Source of the DNA: Myxococcota bacterium
Lineage (GTDB): Bacteria; Myxococcota; JACRCW01
Assembly: GCA_040752415.1 (NCBI GenBank)
Contig: JBFMGU010000125.1
Span: forward strand, 1 to 30,446
Direction: 5' to 3'
DNA length: 30,446 nucleotides
A program made the position numbers and the translations under genes. Numbering within the stretch: the stretch's first letter is position 1; every line of letters begins with the position of its first letter. Below are positions 1-7,425 of the stretch, in pieces. Under the pieces are notes generated by a model. It saw only the letters and a program-made list of their open reading frames with translations. It did not search any database and had not been told where the DNA came from.

Positions 1-1146
1 GTGGTGGTGTCGCCTCCCGCCGCGCGCGCCGCCCCGTCGGTGCCCGCCGGTTGGGACCCGCTGCCCGCACCGCGGGTCACCGCCACGCCGCCCGCGTTGT
101 CGCCGGTGGCCGCGCCCGCCCCGCGTCCGGCACCTGCCAGCAACACCCAGCCCACCGAGGAGATCTCCGTCCTGAGCACGGTGCAGGCCCAGGCGCGCGC
201 CACCTCCACCGCCCCCCTCGACGAGCGCACCGCGCCCCTCCCCGCGCCGCCGTCCCAGCGCGCCATCGAGACCGAGGAGATCACCGCGCCGGAGCGTCCC
301 GCGGCACCCCCGCCCAACCCGTTTGCCTCCGACGACATGACCGTGCCGGAGTCCGCGCTCCCCGCCGCGCCCCCGCCGCCGGCGCCGGTGGTGGCCGCGC
401 CCGTGACGTCGTCACCCACACCGGACCCCGACGCCACCGCGGAGGAGCCCCTGCCGCCGGCCGCGGTCCCCGAGGTGGATCTCGCGCTCATGCGGGAGGC
501 CGCCGCCGCGGCGCCCGCCCTGGTCCCGCCGCTCCCCGCGCCCGACGAGAACCGCGGCGCGCTGGTGGTGCGCGCGGCCAGCTGGACGCAGAAGCTCGCC
601 GCGGCGCTGGTGGATGGCGCGGTGGCCGTGGCGCTGTCCCTGGGGTACGGCGTGGTGCAGGCGCTGGAATTGCCCGAGGGGGAGGCGCCCGACGAGGGAG
701 CGGTGGCGCTCAGCGGTATTGACTGGCTCATTGACGTGGTGGCCCGCCACGCGGAGCTGTTGGCCGGGATGACCGTGGCGCTCGCGCTGGCGGTGGCCGC
801 GTATGAGGCGCTGGCGGTGGCGCTGCTGGGTCGGACGGCGGGACAGGCCCTGATGGGGCTGCGGCTGGTCCACCTGGGCGGCGGCAAGCTGGGGCTGCTG
901 CGTGCTTTCGCCCGCGGCGGTCTGGCGGGCGCCGGCCTCCTCCTGTTGGGCGCGGGGTGGCTGTGGGCGCCGTTTGACCACCGTCGCGCGGCGCTGCATG
1001 ACAAGTGGACGGGGCTGGTGCTGGTGGAGGTGCCACCGCCGCCGCCCGTCACGGAAGCCCCCGCCGAGCCGGTTGCGGCGGAGCCAACACCGTCCGTTCC
1101 CGAGATGTCGTCGTCGTCGTCGGAATCTGCTGCACCGCCGGGTTGA
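1..1146 (+). CDS. RDD family membrane protein with long Pro/Ala-rich N-terminal region (5'-truncated by window)
   Basis: C-terminal RDD pattern: ASWTQKLAAALVD, hydrophobic helices, GRTAGQALMGLRLV, RRAALHDKWTGLVLV; frame open at position 1. Confidence 0.85.
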   Translation: MVVSPPAARAAPSVPAGWDPLPAPRVTATPPALSPVAAPAPRPAPASNTQPTEEISVLSTVQAQARATSTAPLDERTAPLPAPPSQRAIETEEITAPERPAAPPPNPFASDDMTVPESALPAAPPPPAPVVAAPVTSSPTPDPDATAEEPLPPAAVPEVDLALMREAAAAAPALVPPLPAPDENRGALVVRAASWTQKLAAALVDGAVAVALSLGYGVVQALELPEGEAPDEGAVALSGIDWLIDVVARHAELLAGMTVALALAVAAYEALAVALLGRTAGQALMGLRLVHLGGGKLGLLRAFARGGLAGAGLLLLGAGWLWAPFDHRRAALHDKWTGLVLVEVPPPPPVTEAPAEPVAAEPTPSVPEMSSSSSESAAPPG

Positions 1147-1177
1147 TCCGGTAGAGAAATCCACAGGAGAGAACTCA

Positions 1178-2986
1178 ATGGCCAGCAAGAAGAAGGCTGC
1201 CGCCAAGAAGGGCGCCAAGCCCGCTGCCAAGAAGTCCCCTGCCGCCAAGCCCGCGCCCAAGAAGGCGCCGCCGCGTGCTGCCAAGCCTGCCAAGCCCGCC
1301 AAGCCGGCGGCCCGGCCCGCTGCCAAGGAGAAGGAGCGCAAGGCCCCCGCCGCGCCGCCCGCCCGTGACGACGTGAAGGACAAGCTGGTGGCGCTGCTGG
1401 CCAGCGGTGACGGCGTCTTGCGTCTCTCCGCCGGTCGCGTGGTGGCCGCGCTGGGCGTGCAGCACGCGGACGTGGAGCCCGCCGCCGCGCAGATGATGGC
1501 CTCCGGCGACGCCGACGAGGTGGCGGTGGCCGCGCACCTGGCCGGTGCCTGTGGGCTGGCCGGTTTGGCGCCGGCGCTGGTGCGTCGCGTGGGTGAGCAG
1601 GAGCCGGTGGGCCCCGCCGCGCGGGAGGCCATCAAGCAGCTGGGCGAGGTGGCCGTGGGCGCCATCAAGGCCGCGCTGCCCAAGGCGGAGGGCCAGACGC
1701 GCAGCCAGCTCATGAGCCTGCTGGCCTCGCTGGGCGGCATCAAGACCTTCCAGGGCCTGCTCGACGATCTCCTCAAGCAGGACATCGAGGAGGCGCGCGC
1801 CACGGCGCTGGCGGTGCGTCGCACGGCCAAGGGGATGGCGCCGGCGCAACGGCTCAAGCTGTTGGAGGCGCTGCGCAAGTTCCTGCAGGACAAGCGCGTG
1901 GTGGAGCACCCCATTGCGCGCCCCGTCACCGTGCGCCTGCTGGGCTACCTGGAGCTGCCCGAGGCGGTGGAGGACCTGCTGCCGCTGGTGGTGGCCGGCG
2001 AGGAGCGCAACGTGCGCGTGGAGGCGCTGCAGGGTCTGCGCTTGTGCCTGCCGGCGCAGGCCGAGGTGCCGGGGGTGCTGCGGGAGGTGCTCGCCGCCGT
2101 CACCGACTCCTCCCCCGAGGTGGCCGCCGCCGCGCTGGGCACCGCCATGAACATCCTCCCCGACGCCTCCAACGCGCCCGGGGTGGCGCGGGTGCTCACC
2201 CACGGCAACAAGGACGCCAGCCGCTGGGCCTCGGAGGCGCTGCAGCGACTGGGCGGAGCCGCCGCCGGCCCCGCCGTCTACGACGAGCTGGTGACGGCGC
2301 TCAAGGAAGGCCACAGCGACCACGCCTTCGTGGCGGCGCGCGCGCTCAAGGAGCAGGAGGGGGGCGCGGACCTGCTCATCAAGGCGCTGCTGGCGGCTCC
2401 GCTGGAGCGTCGGTCCCACGTGGAGCGCGCGCTGCTCGACGGTGGCGCCACCACGCCCTCGCAGCAGGGCCTGGACACGTTGGCCCGGGAGGCCATGCGC
2501 GCGCTGCTCTCCGGTGAGGAGGGCGCGGCCGCGTTGTGCACGGTGTGGCGCGCCATGGCGCCGGACCACCACGCCGGCACGCTGCGCGGCGCGCTGGCCG
2601 GGGAGCAGGACCACAAGCGTCGCAGCACCATTGCGGCCGAGCTGGGGCGTCACACCAACGCCTCCGCGGAGGACAAGCTGGCGCTGGCCTTCGAGACGGT
2701 GCGGCAGGGCAGCAAGGACTTCCGCGCGGCCTCCAAGGACCCCACGCTGGGCACGCTGGTGAAGCTGTGCACCCAGGGCGTCGACGTGGCCAGCGCCATG
2801 GTGCGCAACCGCCAGCTCACGCCCGCCGACTGGCTCTACGTGGGCTTCCGCTTCTGCGAGGCGCCGGAGAGCAAGGTGCAGGCCCAGGGCATCGACCTGC
2901 TCATGGCTGCCAAGGACATGGCGGGCATGAACACCGACGTGGGCAAGGCCGCCACCAACAAGCTCAAGCTCATGGGAGAGCTCTGA
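1178..2986 (+). CDS. HEAT-repeat-like helical protein with Lys/Ala/Pro-rich histone-H1-like N-terminal tail
   Basis: ATG 1178 after AGGAG; starts MASKKKAAAKKGAKPAAKKSPAAK; HEAT-like units such as ERNVRVEALQGL, DSSPEVAAAALGTA, GNKDASRWASEALQRLG. Confidence 0.75.
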   Translation: MASKKKAAAKKGAKPAAKKSPAAKPAPKKAPPRAAKPAKPAKPAARPAAKEKERKAPAAPPARDDVKDKLVALLASGDGVLRLSAGRVVAALGVQHADVEPAAAQMMASGDADEVAVAAHLAGACGLAGLAPALVRRVGEQEPVGPAAREAIKQLGEVAVGAIKAALPKAEGQTRSQLMSLLASLGGIKTFQGLLDDLLKQDIEEARATALAVRRTAKGMAPAQRLKLLEALRKFLQDKRVVEHPIARPVTVRLLGYLELPEAVEDLLPLVVAGEERNVRVEALQGLRLCLPAQAEVPGVLREVLAAVTDSSPEVAAAALGTAMNILPDASNAPGVARVLTHGNKDASRWASEALQRLGGAAAGPAVYDELVTALKEGHSDHAFVAARALKEQEGGADLLIKALLAAPLERRSHVERALLDGGATTPSQQGLDTLAREAMRALLSGEEGAAALCTVWRAMAPDHHAGTLRGALAGEQDHKRRSTIAAELGRHTNASAEDKLALAFETVRQGSKDFRAASKDPTLGTLVKLCTQGVDVASAMVRNRQLTPADWLYVGFRFCEAPESKVQAQGIDLLMAAKDMAGMNTDVGKAATNKLKLMGEL

Positions 2987-3006
2987 GTCACCACGAGGAG
3001 ACGACA

Positions 3007-3360
3007 ATGGCCGGCAAGAAGGTGCGGTTCATCTGGAAGTCCACCTGAACGAGCTGTCGCAATGCCCGCGCCGTGCTGCGTGGGTCGAAGGTGGAAGCGG
3101 AAGAGCAGGACCTGGCGAAGAAGCCGCTCAGCAAGGAGGAGATCAAGGCGCTGTTGGGCGGTCGCCCGGCGAGCGAGTTCCTCAACACGCGCAACGAGGA
3201 GGCGCGCGAGAAGGGGTGGAACAAGACCCCGCCCTCCGACGCCACGCTCATCGACGCCATGACGAAGAACGTCAACCTCATCAAGCGGCCCATCCTCGTC
3301 GTGGGGAATGAGACCGTGCTGGGGTTTGACGAGGAGCGCTACAAGAAGCTGCTGAAGTAG
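3007..3360 (+). CDS. ArsC/Spx/YffB-family thioredoxin-fold selenoprotein (Sec at TGA 3046-3048, UxxC), 117 aa
   Basis: GAGGAG RBS then ATG 3007; MAGKKVRFIWKST-(TGA)-TSCRNARAVL continues in frame into ORF 3073-3360 with LIKRPILVVGNETVLGF; TGA sits at the first Cys of the family CxxC. Confidence 0.85.
3057..3088 (+). promoter_or_regulatory. Putative bacterial SECIS element
   Basis: GCCCGCGC (3064-3071) pairs with GCGTGGGT (3078-3085), two G-U pairs, loop CGTGCT with G at position 2; TCG 3057-3059 pairs with CGA 3086-3088; 23 nt between UGA and loop. Confidence 0.6.
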
Positions 3361-3389
3361 TTGGTGCGCGAGGTGCGCTTCGGCACGAG

Positions 3390-3623
3390 AACGTCGGGAG
3401 CGGACCTCGACTTGGAGTGCGGCGGGCCCTCGCCGCCCTGGTCAGCGCCGAGTGGTTCTGCCATGCCGCCATCGGTGGCCACGGGGTGGCACCGTACCCG
3501 CGCTGGCTTCGTCGCGCGGAACGCGGGACCGCTGCCTCCCTGGACCGCGGGGAACACACACTCGGCTCCGACCAGGGCGGCGAGGGCCCGCCGCACTCCA
3601 GGTCGAGGTCCGCTCCCGACGTT
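3390..3623. repeat. REPIN/MITE-like element: 65-bp inverted arms (3390-3454, 3559-3623) around a 104-bp core
   Basis: Arms match as reverse complements with 3 mismatches; each holds GGAG-TGCGGCGGGCCCTCGCCGC, a tetranucleotide plus hairpin; lies between convergent genes. Confidence 0.85.
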
Positions 3624-3654
3624 TCGAGCCGACGGGGCTCGTGGCCTGCGACGC

Positions 3655-4134
3655 TCAACCCAGCAGCCGGCTCAACAGCCACGCGCTCCCGCCCAAGAGC
3701 GCCGCGCACGCCGCCGCCAGCAGGCCCAGCACGCCGCCCGCCGTCAGGATGGCCGCGCGACCCAGTTGCGAGATGGCCCGCGGCGGCTGCGTGGCGTCCC
3801 GGTGCGCGAGCAGCAGCTCCATGTTGCGCACGTTGTTCTTGACGAAGAAGTCCAGCACGTCGCCCACCACCGGCACGGTGCCCACGCCCATGTCGACGAG
3901 GATGTTGGCCACCATGCGCAACACCACCGGCGCGGGCACCCGGTGACGCAGCGCCGCCACCACCACGCTGGCGCTCATCACTCCGCCCACCACGTCACCC
4001 AGCCCGGGGACGAGGCCGATGAACGCATCCAGCCCCACCTTCTTGTTGATGACGGGAATGGTGAGGGCCTCGTCCAGCAGGGTGCTGGCCCGCTGCAGCG
4101 CTTCCAGGTCCGGCGGTAGCGACGACGGAGGCAT
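3655..4134 (-). CDS. DUF4112 family membrane protein
   Basis: LLDEALTIP...VGLDAFIGLVPGLGD...RMVANILVD..VGTVPVVGDVLDFFVKNNVRN signature; ATG 4134 avoids overlap with the Nudix gene. Confidence 0.88.
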   Translation of the reverse strand: MPPSSLPPDLEALQRASTLLDEALTIPVINKKVGLDAFIGLVPGLGDVVGGVMSASVVVAALRHRVPAPVVLRMVANILVDMGVGTVPVVGDVLDFFVKNNVRNMELLLAHRDATQPPRAISQLGRAAILTAGGVLGLLAAACAALLGGSAWLLSRLLG

Positions 4135-4187
4135 GACCGCAGGGATAACGTTGGTGCCCACGCCGGGCAACGCTAGGCTGCGCCGCC

Positions 4188-4733
4188 ATGCCGCCCAAGC
4201 CATGGAAGACGCTGAGCACGCGTGAGGTCTACCGCAACAAGTGGATGCGCCTGCGTGAGGACCTGGCCGAGATGCCCGACGGCCGCACCACCATCTACGG
4301 CGTGTGTGAGTTCGGGAGCTGCGTGGGCGTGCTGCCCTTCGTCGACCGCGACCACGTGGTGCTGGTGCGCCAATACCGCTACGTGCAGCGCGAGGACTTC
4401 CGCTGGGAGATGCCCACCGGCGGCGTGAAGCCGGGTGAGAGCCTGGAGGAGGCCGCGCAGCGCGAGCTGATGGAGGAGGCGGGCTACCGCGCTGGCAGGC
4501 TCACCCACCTCAGCAGCTTCCTCACCTCCAAGAGCATCTGCGACGAGACCGCCCACCTCTACCTGGGCGAGCAGCTCACGCAGGCCAGCGCCCCGCCCGA
4601 CGACACCGAGTTCCTGGAGGTGCAGACCTTCCCCTTCCAGGACGTGCTGCGCATGGTGGAGCGGAGCGAGATCCGCGACGGGATGACGGTGATTGCGGTG
4701 TTGCGCGCCCAGCAGGTCCTGGCAACGCGCTGA
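4188..4733 (+). CDS. Nudix hydrolase, ADP-ribose pyrophosphatase (NudF)-like
   Basis: Nudix box GGVKPGESLEEAAQRELMEEAG; LVRQYRY, WEMPTG, DDTEFLEV, EIRDGMT motifs. Confidence 0.92.
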   Translation: MPPKPWKTLSTREVYRNKWMRLREDLAEMPDGRTTIYGVCEFGSCVGVLPFVDRDHVVLVRQYRYVQREDFRWEMPTGGVKPGESLEEAAQRELMEEAGYRAGRLTHLSSFLTSKSICDETAHLYLGEQLTQASAPPDDTEFLEVQTFPFQDVLRMVERSEIRDGMTVIAVLRAQQVLATR

Positions 4734-4739
4734 GCTCCG

Positions 4740-5993
4740 TCAGGGGGCGATGCGCCAGCGGATCCCCGCGCCGAACAGTCCGCCCAGCGCGGGCCACATG
4801 CGCAGCGCGCCAAACAGGTCCACGTCGAAGGCCTCGGTGCGGCCGTAGGTCAGCCCTCCGCTCAGCGCCAGCGAGCAGTTCATCTCGCGGTCCACCAGCG
4901 ACGAGAAACCCGGCCGCCCGATCTCCGCGTAGTCAATGAACAACGTGCGCGTGCGGTTCTCCAGGCACTGACCACGCAGGTCCAGCGCGCTCAGCGGGTC
5001 ACGACGGTCCAGGGCCGCCTGCGTCTCCAGCTGCGGAGCCACCGGGTCATCCCAGGGCAGCGTGCCTTCCACCGCGCGCCCCGCCACGTCCTTGAAGGTC
5101 TGGTTGTCCACCGCGTGCGCCCAAGAGAGCCCCAAGGTCATGCCCAGTGACGACGTCACATCCCAGGTTCCCTGCACCGCGAGCTGGTAGGCCAGCTGGT
5201 CCATCGGGTCGGAGAACTTGGCGGCGAAGAGATCCTTCACGCTGTGCTGCAGCCGCTGCTGGATGCGGAAGGAGGTGTGCATCGCAAAGCGGTCCCAGAT
5301 GGGCCGGTCATAGGTCAGCGCGCCCGCCAGGCTCACCGAGGGGATGATGCCGGGGTTGAAGCCGCGCTCCTCGCCCACGTCGGGGAACAGGCGCAGGCCC
5401 ACGTCCGCCTTGTGCAGACCACCCTCAAAGCCAAAGCGGCCCAGCGTGCGGTAGTTGCCCACGCTCAGCCGGCCAATGAGGCTCTCCGGGAAGAAGAACG
5501 TCCACATCTGCGTCTTCAGCTCGAAGTAGTCGGTGATGGAGAAGCGCAGGTCGTTGACGAACTTCGTCGGGCCCGTGCCCACCAGGCCGTATTTCACGTC
5601 GAGCTCGAAGGTGAGGTTGCGGTTGGTGGGCGCGCGGCGCGTCAGCGGGGTGGGATCACCAAACAGCGCGGGCGTCCAGCTCCCCTCGTCCTTCTTCTCC
5701 TTGGCGGCCAGCTTGCGACGCTTGGGTGGCGGTGGTGGCGGCGGTTCCGTCGCGGGAGCGGTCTCCGACGGAGCGGGCGCGGCCGGCGCGGGCTCGGAGG
5801 GTGGGGGAGGCTGCGTGGGAGCGGGCTGGGCAGGCGGTGCGGCTTCCGGCGACGCGGGCTCCGCGGGTGCGGCGGGCGCGGTCTCCGACGGGGGAGGCAG
5901 CGGCTGCGCGCCAGGGTCTTCTTGTGCCGGGAGCAACGGTGCGGTCACGGTGGTGGCCAACGCCAGCAACACCGCGGGAAGCTTGCGACTCAT
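4740..5993 (-). CDS. Exported protein, possibly outer-membrane beta-barrel, with Pro-rich N-terminal linker
   Basis: Signal peptide MSRKLPAVLLALATTVTAPLLPAQ; amphipathic strands (AGALTYD, SGGLTYG); ends GLFGAGIRWRIAP. Confidence 0.6.
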   Translation of the reverse strand: MSRKLPAVLLALATTVTAPLLPAQEDPGAQPLPPPSETAPAAPAEPASPEAAPPAQPAPTQPPPPSEPAPAAPAPSETAPATEPPPPPPPKRRKLAAKEKKDEGSWTPALFGDPTPLTRRAPTNRNLTFELDVKYGLVGTGPTKFVNDLRFSITDYFELKTQMWTFFFPESLIGRLSVGNYRTLGRFGFEGGLHKADVGLRLFPDVGEERGFNPGIIPSVSLAGALTYDRPIWDRFAMHTSFRIQQRLQHSVKDLFAAKFSDPMDQLAYQLAVQGTWDVTSSLGMTLGLSWAHAVDNQTFKDVAGRAVEGTLPWDDPVAPQLETQAALDRRDPLSALDLRGQCLENRTRTLFIDYAEIGRPGFSSLVDREMNCSLALSGGLTYGRTEAFDVDLFGALRMWPALGGLFGAGIRWRIAP

Positions 5994-6042
5994 GCGGGCG
6001 ATATAGGCCGGCTCGACGAAGGCAACAATGCCTCCGCGCTCT

Positions 6043-7185
6043 TCAGCTGCGCGCCTGGCGCCACCCTTCCACCAACGCGGCCACCGCGCGTTCCACCTCC
6101 TGGGGGCCGGTGAGGCGACCCAGGCTCAGTCGCACCGCGCCGCGCGTCAGCTCCGCGGGGAGCCCCATCACCGCGAGCACGTGGCTCGCCTCCTCGCCGT
6201 GGCAGGCGCTGCCGGTGCTGGCGGCAATGATGGGGGCGTGACGCAGCACGGAGCTGCCGGTGACGCCGGGGAACGACACGTTTAGCGTGTTGCACAGCCG
6301 CTGCACGGGGTGGCCCAGCGCGGTGAGCCCGGGGATGGCGCGGGTCAATCCCTCCAGCAGCGCCGCGCGCAAACCCTCCAGGCGCGCCATCTCGTCGGTG
6401 AGCTTCTTCTGCACCACCTCCGCCGCCACGCCCATCCCGACGATGCCGGCGACATTCTCGGTGCCCGGTCGCAGGCCGCGCTCGTGACCGGCGCCCACCA
6501 CCAGCGGCTCCACCGGCACGCCCTGGCGGATGTAGAGCGCGCCCACGCCTTTGGGACCGTAGAACTTGTGCGCGGCCAGGCTCAGCAGGTCCACGTCCAG
6601 CTCGTCGACGCGCACGCTGGTCTTGCCCACGCTCTGCGCGGCGTCGCAGTGGATGCGGGCGCCCACCGCGTGCGCGCGGTCGGCCAGGGCGCGGATGGGC
6701 TGCACCGTGCCCACCTCGTTGTTGGCGTGCATCACGCTGACCAGCGCCACGTCGTCGATGATGGCGGCGCGCCAGCCTTCCTCGGTCACCATGCCGGTGC
6801 GGTCCACCGGGAGCGTGCGCACCGTGTAGCCGCGCTTGGCCAGTCGCTCACACGGGCTCTGCACCGCCGCGTGCTCCACCGCGGAGAGCACCACCGCGCG
6901 TCTTCCGTCGGTGCGCGCCTCCAACGTGCCCAGGATGGCCAGGTTGTTGGCCTCTGTGCCACCGCCGGTGAAGACCAGCTCCCACGGTGCGCAGCCAATC
7001 AGCCTCGCCACCTGGCCGCGCGCCTTCTCGACGGCATCCCGCGCGCGACGACCCCAGATGTGACCGCTGGAGGGATTGCCGTGCTCGTTGCGCAGGTAGG
7101 GCAGCATGGCCTCCAGCGCCTCCGGCAACAGCGGCGTGGACGCGTTGTGGTCCAGGTAGATGGGGTCGGTCGTCGGCGTGGACAT
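6043..7185 (-). CDS. iscS: Cysteine desulfurase, IscS/NifS family (PLP-dependent)
   Basis: IYLDHNASTP, GNPSS, FTGGGTEANN, MHANNEVGTVQP, HCDAAQ, HKFYGPKG, RPGTEN, STGSAC; ATG 7185 preceded by GGAG. Confidence 0.92.
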   Translation of the reverse strand: MSTPTTDPIYLDHNASTPLLPEALEAMLPYLRNEHGNPSSGHIWGRRARDAVEKARGQVARLIGCAPWELVFTGGGTEANNLAILGTLEARTDGRRAVVLSAVEHAAVQSPCERLAKRGYTVRTLPVDRTGMVTEEGWRAAIIDDVALVSVMHANNEVGTVQPIRALADRAHAVGARIHCDAAQSVGKTSVRVDELDVDLLSLAAHKFYGPKGVGALYIRQGVPVEPLVVGAGHERGLRPGTENVAGIVGMGVAAEVVQKKLTDEMARLEGLRAALLEGLTRAIPGLTALGHPVQRLCNTLNVSFPGVTGSSVLRHAPIIAASTGSACHGEEASHVLAVMGLPAELTRGAVRLSLGRLTGPQEVERAVAALVEGWRQARS

Positions 7186-7425
7186 GAGCGTGGCTCCGTG
7201 CTGCGGTCGCGCGGTTAGGTGCCTCACTCCGGGACCTTCCGCAAGGCCGGGCGCTTGCACCTGTGCCGCGCCGCATTGCCGCACGTCGGAGGGTGATATC
7301 CGATCGACGATGGGAAGTGTTTTCTCGTCCGGCCGGAGTGGGTCGTTCGACACAGCGTCGTGCGTCACTTCCGACAGTCTCCGGGACGAGCGTCAAAAGT
7401 GCGGGCCAATGGCTGCTGACCGGAA

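Noticed and set aside
3046..3048. Genome-wide TGA reassignment to Trp or Gly
   Set aside because: Most genes here end at TGA (1146, 2986, 4733, 23815, 25152, 29164), so recoding must be site-specific
3073..3360. 95-aa ORF from GTG 3073 as the real gene
   Set aside because: It lacks the family's N-terminal redox motif and an RBS; both appear when starting at 3007
3281..4119. ORFs crossing the inverted repeat that share the peptide TSGADLDLECGGPSPPWS
   Set aside because: The shared peptide is the translation of the two inverted arms, not a protein repeat
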